From Pseudomonadota bacterium (GTDB taxonomy: Bacteria > Bdellovibrionota_B > Oligoflexia > Oligoflexales > CAIYRB01), in contig JANOTL010000040.1 in the NCBI GenBank assembly GCA_031416315.1, positions 16,821 through 80,820 of the forward strand: a stretch of 64,000 nt of DNA, in the 5' to 3' direction. This document shows, piece after piece, positions 10,533 through 19,119 of this stretch. The translations under genes were made by a program, and so were the position numbers. Numbering within the stretch: the first letter of the stretch is position 1; each line of letters begins with the position of its first letter. The notes beneath the pieces are model-generated. The model saw nothing but the letters and a program-made list of their open reading frames with translations. It searched no databases and was not told the DNA's origin.

Positions 10533-10970
10533 TCAGCGGTCGAGCTTCCGGCAGCTCGCGTTGATCTCATCGACCGCTTCGCGTTCTTCCGTAGGATTGA
10601 GCGCGCGGTCATCGCAGAGATCCTTGTCTTCCAGCGTCACGCGCGAGCCGCAGTGCCCGATGCAATCGGAAGGAATGCGAGCTTCGAGCCACAGCGAATC
10701 GGCGCCGATCTTGCCCTTCGCGTGGTAGCTGGCGTCCTTCTCCACGACGTCGATCGGGAACATGCCCCACGCGCCGTCGTCGCCTTTCAGCCACACCGCA
10801 TAGCCGGTGCGCGAGCGCACGGATTTGCCGAGGATGAAGTCGCGCGGCGTCTCTTCCTGCGTCGAGCAGATGAAGAAGGGGAAATCCTGGCCGCCTTCGG
10901 CTTCCGCCGCCGGCACCGTGAAAATCGCGGCCACCAGCGCGCCGAGCAGAGTTTTGGCGAGACACTTCAT
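10533..10970 (-). CDS. Secreted Cys-containing hypothetical protein
   Basis: MKCLAKTLLGALVAAIF signal peptide; ATGA overlap with the upstream regulator. Confidence 0.7.
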   Translation of the reverse strand: MKCLAKTLLGALVAAIFTVPAAEAEGGQDFPFFICSTQEETPRDFILGKSVRSRTGYAVWLKGDDGAWGMFPIDVVEKDASYHAKGKIGADSLWLEARIPSDCIGHCGSRVTLEDKDLCDDRALNPTEEREAVDEINASCRKLDR

Positions 10971-11938
10971 TGGGCAATCCTTAGGACGTAGTTGTTGCCG
11001 CGGAGAAACAGGGTGTGCGCTCGCACGTCGGCCGTGTCGAGCAACTTCCGCAGGCGTCCGATCGATTTGTACAGGCGATCGTCGTGCGTGATTGGGTTGT
11101 AGGCCGTGTCCCAAACATGACGGACGATCTCTTCTTTGCTCGCGCCAAGGTCACCGCGCGCTTCGAGGAAGTGGAAGAGGCAGCTCAAGGTCGGCCGGCG
11201 CAAGACGTCCTCCGGCAGGAAGCTCCGCCGGACGCTGTTTCCGCCCGGCATCCGCATCTCGTATGCGCCTTCGGCCGCCGTGAGACGCGGCTCGAGATCG
11301 CTGACGTTGCGGAAAAGCCGCGGCGTCCGCTCCGCCGACAGTTGCGCCTTCAACCGGCGCAAAGCCGGAACGGCGAGCTCGGGCATGCGCGTCGCATGCA
11401 GGAGCCGCACCCAACAAAGCTGACCCCAAAGGGAACGCAAGAGGCTCGGCGTGTCGCGCAGGACCAGATCCGCATCCTCCAAGCGTTGCTCCGCGACGGG
11501 AAATTGCCCGGCGTCGAGCGCGACCTGAAACATCATGAGGAGGCGCACGTGCTCGAGCTCGGCGTCGACGCCCTTCGCCTTTTCCAGCTCCGCGAGCGCG
11601 ACGTCGGTCGCTCCGCGTGTGTACGCGAGGAACGCCATGCCCATGTGCCCGACCGGCGCGCTCGTCGCGTGTGCCGCATGAAACGCAGCCTCGATCGCCG
11701 CGCCGTCACCGCCGGCGAGGTACTGCGTCACGCCCAGGTGATACTGCAGCAGCGCATTCGCCGGAAAATCCCGCAGCGCCGCCTGCGCCGCGGCACGAGC
11801 CTCATCGGCACGGTCGAGCTCGCACAAGCACTTGATGCGAAGCACCGCGGCTTCGACGCTCGGAGGACTTTCGTCCAGGGTGCGCGTCGCGGCCGCCGGC
11901 TCGCCATTGTGGTACGCGTAGTGCGCGAGGTCCAACAC
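10967..11938 (-). CDS. TPR protein with C-terminal OmpR/PhoB-type winged-helix domain (transcriptional regulator)
   Basis: TPR-like helices then SKEEIVRHVW...YNP..HDDRLYKSIGRLRKLL. Confidence 0.8.
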   Translation of the reverse strand: MLDLAHYAYHNGEPAAATRTLDESPPSVEAAVLRIKCLCELDRADEARAAAQAALRDFPANALLQYHLGVTQYLAGGDGAAIEAAFHAAHATSAPVGHMGMAFLAYTRGATDVALAELEKAKGVDAELEHVRLLMMFQVALDAGQFPVAEQRLEDADLVLRDTPSLLRSLWGQLCWVRLLHATRMPELAVPALRRLKAQLSAERTPRLFRNVSDLEPRLTAAEGAYEMRMPGGNSVRRSFLPEDVLRRPTLSCLFHFLEARGDLGASKEEIVRHVWDTAYNPITHDDRLYKSIGRLRKLLDTADVRAHTLFLRGNNYVLRIAQ

Positions 11939-12011
11939 AGCGTTTTCACTATCGAAAATTGGAGAACAGACGATGCTGGACCGAGACTAGCGCGGCCCAT
12001 CGACCGGTTCA

Positions 12012-12029
12012 ACTGACATTCACTGACAT
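12012..12029. promoter_or_regulatory. Direct repeat ACTGACAT x2 with 10-bp period, candidate wHTH binding site
   Basis: aACTGACATtcACTGACATc about 75 bp upstream of the TPR-wHTH gene. Confidence 0.4.
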
Positions 12030-12084
12030 CGACCGGCGACGCGACCTTACGCGAAAACGTTCGCGGACCTGTAGTGCCGTTCAT

Positions 12085-12114
12085 AAAAAAGCGATCGAGG
12101 CTCTCCTCGATCGC
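12085..12114 (-). terminator. Rho-independent terminator of the GGQ-repeat gene
   Basis: 10-bp stem GCGATCGAGG/CCTCGATCGC with a 6-U tract on the minus strand. Confidence 0.8.
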
Positions 12115-12143
12115 CATCGGAACGGGGGCTTTCGCCCGGTCGC

Positions 12144-12560
12144 TCAGGAACAGCTGACGGCCTGGCGGCAGTCGCGGCGGGAATGGCCGGCGCTCATGCA
12201 GGCTTGCACGACTTGGCGATGGGCGCGGAGGCGGCCACCGGCTTCGGCGGCGAAACGGTCGTGCTTCAGCGTGATCGTGCAGACGGTGCCGCGATCGCCT
12301 TGGCCGCCGTCTTGGCCGCCGTCACCCTGGCCGCCGTCCTGACCGCCGTCACCCTGGCCGCCGTCTTGGCCGCCGTCACCCTGACCGCCGTCTTGGCCGC
12401 CGTCACCCTGACCGCCGTCTTGGCCACCGTCTTGGCCACCGTCTTGGCCACCGTCTTGGCCGCCATCACCTTGGCCGCCATCACCTTGGCCGCCTGCCGC
12501 ATAGGACTGCAGACCGAAGATGCCGAGGCTCGCGACCAACAAGATCATGGATACTTTCAT
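12144..12560 (-). CDS. Secreted GGQ(G)D-repeat protein with C-terminal 4-Cys domain
   Basis: Signal peptide, 15 GGQD/GGQGD units, AGGAG RBS, own terminator. Confidence 0.85.
   Translation of the reverse strand: MKVSMILLVASLGIFGLQSYAAGGQGDGGQGDGGQDGGQDGGQDGGQDGGQGDGGQDGGQGDGGQDGGQGDGGQDGGQGDGGQDGGQGDRGTVCTITLKHDRFAAEAGGRLRAHRQVVQACMSAGHSRRDCRQAVSCS
12295..12495 (-). repeat. Coding tandem repeat of 12/15-nt units encoding GGQD/GGQGD
   Basis: Repeated gtcttggccgcc / gtcaccctggccgcc units on the plus strand. Confidence 0.9.
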
Positions 12561-12782
12561 TTTTATCTCTCCTGAGTGTGCAAAAGGGAGGGTTTCGTTC
12601 GCCGCCCTTACTTACCGCCGCGGAAGGCGCGAAAACCATGCGCGACGCGCCCTGCGGCCTCAAAGTGTTCGCAAACCCTCTGCCCCTGAGAACACATCCC
12701 TCGCCGATTGCCCGTCTCGCCTTCTCTCCGGATCGCCTCAGCGTTACACCTCCGTTCGCCAACAACTTGGAGATCGGCTCAC

Positions 12783-13913
12783 ATGCAACGCTTCATCCTC
12801 CCCATCATCGCCCTCGCCCTCAGCGCCTGCGGCGGCGCGTCCCATACGCAAGACTCCCAAACCAAGGAAGCCTGGAACGAGCGCAACGCCCCGTCGCGCC
12901 TCGGCGCCAACGCTAACGTTGCGTATGACTCGCTGCCGACTGCCGGGACTGCTACGACGCTCCCCTGGAGCGATGACTACTGGGCCACGCGCTACGGCGG
13001 CGTATCGTTCCGCTGGCAGACGACCGCGCCCGGCGGCAGCTACCGCCAATACCTTTATGATCTCCCTTCTGCGAATCAGCTCGCGGGTTGGGACGAAGGC
13101 ACGCTGAGCCGCCTCTCGCCCGCCGAGAAGTACGACCTCCTCAGTGGGCGCACCGACCTGCCGGTGACGCGCGCCGAGCGCCAGTCGATGCTCGGTAGCG
13201 TCCGCAACGGCGAAGTTCCCGATTGGCACGGCATCTGCCACGGTTGGGCACCCGCGTCCTACATGGAGCCGCAAGCGTTCCGTGCCGTCTCGCGTCGCTT
13301 GTCCGACGGCCGTAACGTGACCTTCCAGCCGAGCGACATCCACGCACTGATGTCCCGCTTCTATGCCGACTATCACTACGCCGGGAACACGCAGTTCCTC
13401 GGCACGCGCTGTGAACGCGACGGCACGGGTCGGTCGGGCGACGTCGCCTGCCGCGACGCCAACCCCGGCAGCTTCCATCTCGCCGTCGCGCACCAGCTGG
13501 CGACCGTCCGCTCGCCCTTCGTCGTCGAGCTCGACGACGGCGAGCAGATCTGGAATCACCCGGTCTACGGCTACGCGTTCAGTTACGGTAACTTCCGCCC
13601 CTTCCGCCGTCTAGGCGACATCGGCCGCGCGCGCTTCCGCGCTCCGGGCACAGCCTACCTCGTCGACGTGTCCATGCGCCTTCACTTCGCGACCGAGACG
13701 ACCCCTTCGACGAGTGCGACTCAGACCGCGAGCCGAACGATCGACCTCTCCTACTCGCTAGAGCTCGACGCCGATCGCCGCGTCATCGGTGGCGAATGGG
13801 AAGGCAGCCACCCAGACTTCGCCTGGCGCATCACGCGTCAGCCGGTTGCGGGCGACCGCTACGGCAATCTGGACTACGCAACCCTGCAGGATCTCCTGCG
13901 TTCAGCGCAATAA
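12783..13913 (+). CDS. Transglutaminase-elicitor (GP42-like) family lipoprotein
   Basis: LSAC lipobox; PWSDDYW, LSPAEKYD, WHGICHGWAPAS, SDIHAL, DANPGSFH, WNHPV, GGEW motifs. Confidence 0.82.
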   Translation: MQRFILPIIALALSACGGASHTQDSQTKEAWNERNAPSRLGANANVAYDSLPTAGTATTLPWSDDYWATRYGGVSFRWQTTAPGGSYRQYLYDLPSANQLAGWDEGTLSRLSPAEKYDLLSGRTDLPVTRAERQSMLGSVRNGEVPDWHGICHGWAPASYMEPQAFRAVSRRLSDGRNVTFQPSDIHALMSRFYADYHYAGNTQFLGTRCERDGTGRSGDVACRDANPGSFHLAVAHQLATVRSPFVVELDDGEQIWNHPVYGYAFSYGNFRPFRRLGDIGRARFRAPGTAYLVDVSMRLHFATETTPSTSATQTASRTIDLSYSLELDADRRVIGGEWEGSHPDFAWRITRQPVAGDRYGNLDYATLQDLLRSAQ

Positions 13914-13972
13914 AGTTGCAACAGAGTGCGGCCGCATGATACTTGGCCGCACCTTCTCGCGGAGATAGTCGC

Positions 13973-14365
13973 ATGAAAAGACAAAATAAATTCATCGTGG
14001 TCGCCGCCTCCCTCGCCATCCTCGCGGGTGCCGCGGCCGCCGGCCCGCTCTTCCGCCGCGGCGTCGTCACGACCGAGCACAACGGCAGCGACGTTTCCGT
14101 CCGCTTCCAGGGCGACGCTGCCGCCGATCTCTACGAGCACCTAGCGCAGACCAACGCAGCCGAGCGCTGGAGCACCGAAGACGGCCGCATCGTCGACGTC
14201 ATCATCGGCAGCAACGTCACCTGCGCCCATCAGCTTCGTCAGCGTCTGGGCATCGCTCGGAACGCGAAAGAAGCGTGGGCCTGTCAGGTCGAGATCGCCC
14301 AATACGGCGTCGCTGCCGCCGCGTCCGCCCCGCAAATCGTCAAGATCATCGGCGTCGAGAACTGA
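13973..14365 (+). CDS. Secreted hypothetical protein
   Basis: MKRQNKFIVVAASLAILAG signal-like N-terminus; GGAG RBS; two Cys. Confidence 0.75.
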   Translation: MKRQNKFIVVAASLAILAGAAAAGPLFRRGVVTTEHNGSDVSVRFQGDAAADLYEHLAQTNAAERWSTEDGRIVDVIIGSNVTCAHQLRQRLGIARNAKEAWACQVEIAQYGVAAAASAPQIVKIIGVEN

Positions 14366-14369
14366 GCCC

Positions 14370-15185
14370 GTGAGCGCGCGCCCGAATCCCGCCGCGGATC
14401 GGCGGCGCGCGCTCCTGGCGGCCTCGGGTTTCGCCGAGGCGGCGAAAGCGCTCTTCGACCTCGCGAAGGCGGCGCGCAAGACCGTTTCCCTAGCCTCGCT
14501 ATGCACCCGCATCGGCCTGAAGTCGCGAGGCCACCTTTCCGAGATCCTCGCCGGCAAGCGCACGCTCGACGGCGCCAAGGTCGGCAAGCTCGGCGAAGCG
14601 CTCGGGCTCAAGGGTCCAGAGATCGAGTTCTTCGCCCTCCTGCACGCGCAGGCGACGGACGACCCGAGGATGCAGCTCTTGCGCCGCGTCCTAAGCGCCG
14701 CCGAGCCCGAGGCCCCGGCGCGCCTTGGCGAGATGTTCCTCGCATTCAAGGTCTTCGCCGCCTTCTCCCTCTTCGGCGACCGACCGACCCGCGATCAGCT
14801 CGTCGACTTCTTCGGCAAGGCCAACTGCCAGGACGTCGACCGCAGCCTGGCGCTCCTTGTGGACGAAGGCCTCGTGAGCATCGAAGGCAAGTCCTTCGCC
14901 GCCCACTTCGAGCACGTGATCTTCCGCAACGACGGCACCGGCTTTTCGCTGCGCGACTACCTCCACATGTCGCTCGACGATGCGCGCCGGACTCTGGAGC
15001 GCTGGGTCAACGCTCGGGACGTCGCCAACTATCAGGCGAGCATCATCAGCGTCCGACGCTCGGATCTTCTCCGCATCCTTCCTGAGATCAAGGCGCGCCT
15101 TCGCGAAGAGCAGTCGCGCCTCGAAAGCGACAAGGGCGACATGCTGGTGCACTTCAACGTGCAGATTTACCCGGTGGAGCCTTAG
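14370..15185 (+). CDS. TIGR02147/DUF4423-like HTH regulator
   Basis: Xre-like HTH (IGLKSRGHLSEILAGKR, EIEFF), central winged helix, C-terminal HFNVQIYP strand. Confidence 0.8.
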   Translation: MSARPNPAADRRRALLAASGFAEAAKALFDLAKAARKTVSLASLCTRIGLKSRGHLSEILAGKRTLDGAKVGKLGEALGLKGPEIEFFALLHAQATDDPRMQLLRRVLSAAEPEAPARLGEMFLAFKVFAAFSLFGDRPTRDQLVDFFGKANCQDVDRSLALLVDEGLVSIEGKSFAAHFEHVIFRNDGTGFSLRDYLHMSLDDARRTLERWVNARDVANYQASIISVRRSDLLRILPEIKARLREEQSRLESDKGDMLVHFNVQIYPVEP

Positions 15186-15207
15186 CGACTGCCGGCCGGC
15201 CGACACC

Positions 15208-17178
15208 TCACGCCGCGACTTTATAGATCGCCATCTCCGCCGCCGACCCCCGCAAGGTCTCGCGCCCGCACAAGACGCCCTCGATCTCGCTCCCTGCGCG
15301 CTCCATCACGGCAGGGGAGATCAGGATGTCGACGCCGAGCTTCTTCGTCAGCGACTCGAGGCGCGCGGCGATGTTCACGGCCGGGCCGATCACGGTAAAG
15401 TCGACGCGCTCGGCGTTGCCGATCGGACCGAAAATGACGCGACCGGCATGGATGCCGATACCGGCCTCGATGGGAAAGTCGCCGCGAGCCGCGCGCGTCA
15501 CGTTCAAGCGCGCCAGGCCCTCGCGGATCGCGAGCGCCGCACGGACGGCGGCGAGCTCGTCGTTCGGACCGGCCGAAGGGATGCCCCACAGCGCCAGCAC
15601 GCCGTCGCCCATGAATTTGTCGATCGCGCCGCCGTGGCGGTGGACCGCGGTCGTGATGACGTCGAGGTACTGGTTCAAGGCGTAAAGCAGCGCTGCTGGC
15701 TCGTAGGTCTCGCAGTGAGCGGTGAAGTTGCGCATGTCGGCCGCGAGGACGACCGTGTGCTCATGGCGCAAGGCCGGCAGATCGCGGCGCAGGATCACCT
15801 CACGCAGGATGCGCCGGTCGACGACCAGGCCGAAGCGGCTCAGGATCTTCTGGCGGTCGGCGATCGCCCGCGCCCATTCCAGGGCCAGACTAATCGCGGA
15901 CCCGAAGAGAAAGACCAGCTTCCAATAGAGCATGGCGAAGGTCACGACCCGCGTCCCTTGCAGCGCCGTGAGTCCCGGCAAGAACGTCGTGCCGATGCCG
16001 ACGACCCCGACCGAGGCGAGAAGCGCGGTGGAAAGGCAGACGTTGCGGCGGAAGCGCGGCAGCTTTGCGACGTGCAGCGTCAGCGCCGTCCGGAAGGCAA
16101 GGGCAGCGCCCGCAGCCATCAGCGCCATCAAGACTCCGCGCATCGCCGGAATCATGAACGTCACGACGCCGGCCGACGGTCCGCGCAGGAGAAGGGTCGT
16201 CGCGAAGGTCAGCAGCGCGACGACGCTCACGACGGTCACCCCGCGCGTGACGCGTTGCGGCAGGCGTAAGGTGTAGCAGAAGAACTGCGCCATCAAACAC
16301 GCCTGCAGGAGCGTCATTCCCGCGCTAAGGGTCCATCCCCAGATACTTCCCGAGAGCTCGGAGCCAAAGCCGCCGTTCACGACCTGGAGCCGCACCCCCT
16401 CGATCAAGGCCGCGCCCGCGAGCGCCAGGATGTCCTGATGGAACGGGGTAAAAAAGCTGCCCGCAGCGAGCAGCAGCGCGAGCGCAAGGTAGGCGATCAC
16501 GAGCGTGACGATGACCATGTTGTCCGAGTCGCGGTAGCGGTTGCGGATCGTGTCGACTTGCTCCCAGCGGCTGACGAAGGGCTGCGCGTGGCCGGCGAAA
16601 CCTGGGGAAAAGCTGTGGGTGCCGTGGATTTTGAAGGCGAGCGTGAGCTCGGGACCGTCGATGAGCCGCGCCGGAATGCGGAGCGGCGCCCGCCGCATGC
16701 CCTCGCCTGATTCGACGAGCTCGCCGTTGACGAAGAATTCCCAGGCGTCGGCGCGCACTTCGAGCGCGTCGAAGCCGAGGTCTATCTGAGGCTCCGGCCG
16801 CAGGCCCTCCGGAAGCGTCATCGTTCGGCTCAGGAACAAGAGACCGGCATCACCGAGGTCCGCGAGCATTGGCAAGGCCGCGGGCCACGATAGGCTCGAC
16901 CCGAACTTCCGAGGCTCAGCGGCGCGTTGCGTGAGGCATGAGTAATCGGGGCATAGATCCGAGGGACCGATGCGAGCGTGCCACGGCGCATAAGTGAGAT
17001 CGACGAACTGCAGATCTGCGGAGCGTGCGATGCGACCGTCGCCGATCCAGTAGTCTTTGCCCGTCCATAGGGCCGCGAGCGCGGCTAAGACGGCAACCGT
17101 TAACGCGAGCGAGAAGCGCACCCAAGGGCGCCGTGCCGCGGGGGTGGTGGTCGTCGTGATGGGAGAGGGTGAGCTCAT
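15208..17178 (-). CDS. Membrane-bound class III adenylate cyclase with extracytoplasmic and multi-TM sensor region
   Basis: ADMRNFT, DKFMGDG, GIGIHAG, DFTVIGPAVNIAARLE. Confidence 0.9.
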   Translation of the reverse strand: MSSPSPITTTTTPAARRPWVRFSLALTVAVLAALAALWTGKDYWIGDGRIARSADLQFVDLTYAPWHARIGPSDLCPDYSCLTQRAAEPRKFGSSLSWPAALPMLADLGDAGLLFLSRTMTLPEGLRPEPQIDLGFDALEVRADAWEFFVNGELVESGEGMRRAPLRIPARLIDGPELTLAFKIHGTHSFSPGFAGHAQPFVSRWEQVDTIRNRYRDSDNMVIVTLVIAYLALALLLAAGSFFTPFHQDILALAGAALIEGVRLQVVNGGFGSELSGSIWGWTLSAGMTLLQACLMAQFFCYTLRLPQRVTRGVTVVSVVALLTFATTLLLRGPSAGVVTFMIPAMRGVLMALMAAGAALAFRTALTLHVAKLPRFRRNVCLSTALLASVGVVGIGTTFLPGLTALQGTRVVTFAMLYWKLVFLFGSAISLALEWARAIADRQKILSRFGLVVDRRILREVILRRDLPALRHEHTVVLAADMRNFTAHCETYEPAALLYALNQYLDVITTAVHRHGGAIDKFMGDGVLALWGIPSAGPNDELAAVRAALAIREGLARLNVTRAARGDFPIEAGIGIHAGRVIFGPIGNAERVDFTVIGPAVNIAARLESLTKKLGVDILISPAVMERAGSEIEGVLCGRETLRGSAAEMAIYKVAA

Positions 17179-17261
17179 GCCCTCTCCCTTTCGGTCAACC
17201 AGCGGAAACTGCTAAATAAGTCGGATTTGGCAATCGATGAAGCCGCAGCCGATTCTTCGGC

Positions 17262-17837
17262 TCAGTCCGCTAGCTTCACGTCGACCTGCTTCACTGTGAT
17301 TTGGTAGAGCTTGCCCTGCAACCCGGCGACCCCGAGCAAATCCCACGCGAGCTGTCGCGACGGCAGCTCGCTCGTGCCCGGGGCAAACAGCGGCTGATAC
17401 GTGGCGCCGCTCTCTCCCTCGAAGGTCTCGAAGCCGAGCTCCGCGAGCAAGGCCGCGACGATCGCGTGGTGCGCGCCGAAGTGCAGGTCACCATCGAACT
17501 GTCCATCGCCGTCGCCGGAACTCGTCTGGAAAGGCGACTCCATGTCCATGATGCCGGCATACGACCGGGTCGCCGTCTTGATCGTGACGTCCCGTCCGAG
17601 GAGGAAACCGAAAACGCTCCCGAAGTACTGACACGGCTTGGCGACGACCTCCGGCAAGAGTTGCAGCTTGATTTCCTTCTCAAACACATTGGACGTGTCG
17701 AACAGATCGACCGCGCGCAGCCGCAGGTCGACGACGACCCCCTTTTCTTTCATCCGAGACTGCGCCTCCTCGCAAGTCGCGGCGATACCGACGCTGCTAC
17801 CCAAAGCCATAGCGAGCACAAAAAGACTGCGAATCAT
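17262..17837 (-). CDS. Secreted hypothetical protein
   Basis: Signal peptide MIRSLFVLAMALG; AAGGAG RBS; coupled to the upstream gene. Confidence 0.75.
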   Translation of the reverse strand: MIRSLFVLAMALGSSVGIAATCEEAQSRMKEKGVVVDLRLRAVDLFDTSNVFEKEIKLQLLPEVVAKPCQYFGSVFGFLLGRDVTIKTATRSYAGIMDMESPFQTSSGDGDGQFDGDLHFGAHHAIVAALLAELGFETFEGESGATYQPLFAPGTSELPSRQLAWDLLGVAGLQGKLYQITVKQVDVKLAD

Positions 17838-18229
17838 GGGGCCGACTCCTTAAGCTGGGGAAAGCTCAGCGGCGCGACCGCGACTCTGAGGGCTTCCCAT
17901 TTGCTGATGAAATAGAGGTGAAGGCAATCGCGTCCGACCCAGTACGCCCGGGCGGCGCTGCCGGCGATCGCGCGCTCGGCGCAGACCGACTCGCCTTCGC
18001 CCAAGGTGGGCGTTTGCGTTGCGATTTGGAAGTGACCTTCGGCGCGATACGTGATGACGACGTCGACCCTGACGCTAGCACTACCTGGGATCAACTCAGG
18101 ACGAAGGTCGCCGTCTCGCACCATGAGTCGATAGCCGTGGCTCATGTTGTAGAACGAACGCTTCGGGTTCCCTTGATCGACACCTTTAGGCGTAAAGAGC
18201 GCTACGAGAACGAGCAGTGCAGAAATCAT
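17834..18229 (-). CDS. Secreted hypothetical protein
   Basis: MISALLVLVALF start overlapping the regulator stop (ATGA); 3' part of the 327-aa track ORF. Confidence 0.65.
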   Translation of the reverse strand: MISALLVLVALFTPKGVDQGNPKRSFYNMSHGYRLMVRDGDLRPELIPGSASVRVDVVITYRAEGHFQIATQTPTLGEGESVCAERAIAGSAARAYWVGRDCLHLYFISKWEALRVAVAPLSFPQLKESAP

Positions 18230-19044
18230 GCGTGCGGCTCCAGCTCGAAGAACGACAGGTGCAATTGGTAGACGCGGTCGGAGGCAAGCGTCTCGAACTC
18301 GGCCTCCAGCTCTTGCTTGAAGGCTTCGATTCTCGCCTCGACCTCCGCCATGCGGCGCGGATCGAAGAGGAAGGTGCGGCCGCCCACGATGCGGCGCCCG
18401 GCCGCTTGGGTCGTCACCGCACGGCTCGCCGCGGCCAGCAGGTTCTCGTGCGTGCGCTCGAGATCGCGCGCGGCCAACGCGTCGCCGGTCCTGATCGTGG
18501 GCGCCAGCGTTTGCACACCTCTTTTCGTGCGCAGCCATAGTCCCGAATCCAGGAGCAGCGCCAGCCGCTTCTCCAGATCCGTCGCGGCGCGCTCCGGCAA
18601 TCGCGCGAGCAGCCACCGCGGCTCCAGCTTGAATCCCGTGTGCTGCGCCAACAGGTAGAGCTTGAGATTGAGCGGCTCCGCGAGGATCGCCACGTGCCGC
18701 GCCGCCATCTCCGGCGCCGCCGCCGGCCGGGCCGCGAGCCGCGCGAGCTTGTCGGCGAGCCGCCGCCGCGTCGCGGGGTCGGTCTCCGCTTCCAACGTTC
18801 CCGCGGTCACCAGGCACTCGGTCTCGTACTTACTGAGACCGAGGCCGAGCGCGAACTTCGCCAGCGCCTCGGCCGAAGGCTGACGCTCGCCCTCGATCAC
18901 CAGCTGAAAATAAGAGGGCGAGCGCAGGCCGCTCTTGCGAGCGAGCCAACGCGCCGAGAACTTCGGCTTCGTCGCCTTCAGCGTCTGGTAGCGGTCGCGC
19001 AGGAACTCGCGCCAGCTGGGATGGGTGAAGAATGGGGTGTCCAT
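18226..19044 (-). CDS. TIGR02147/DUF4423 family HTH regulator
   Basis: WREFLRD, FSARWLARKSGLRSPSYFQLVIEGER, C-terminal RVYQLHLSFFEL. Confidence 0.88.
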   Translation of the reverse strand: MDTPFFTHPSWREFLRDRYQTLKATKPKFSARWLARKSGLRSPSYFQLVIEGERQPSAEALAKFALGLGLSKYETECLVTAGTLEAETDPATRRRLADKLARLAARPAAAPEMAARHVAILAEPLNLKLYLLAQHTGFKLEPRWLLARLPERAATDLEKRLALLLDSGLWLRTKRGVQTLAPTIRTGDALAARDLERTHENLLAAASRAVTTQAAGRRIVGGRTFLFDPRRMAEVEARIEAFKQELEAEFETLASDRVYQLHLSFFELEPHA

Positions 19045-19087
19045 AGCCAAAGCTTACGGCGCAAAGGCCGCCAGGCTCAAGGCGGGA

Positions 19088-19115
19088 GTGGACATTTACG
19101 TCCACCCGAGTGGAC
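19088..19115. promoter_or_regulatory. Operator-like GTGGAC-N6-GTCCAC-N4-GTGGAC
   Basis: Inverted repeat plus a third half-site in the 75-bp gap upstream of the regulator. Confidence 0.45.
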
Positions 19116-19119
19116 ACCA

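Noticed and set aside
12295..12495. Short tandem repeats as a CRISPR array
   Set aside because: Units are contiguous 12/15-mers with synonymous variation, no spacers and no cas genes; this is a coding repeat
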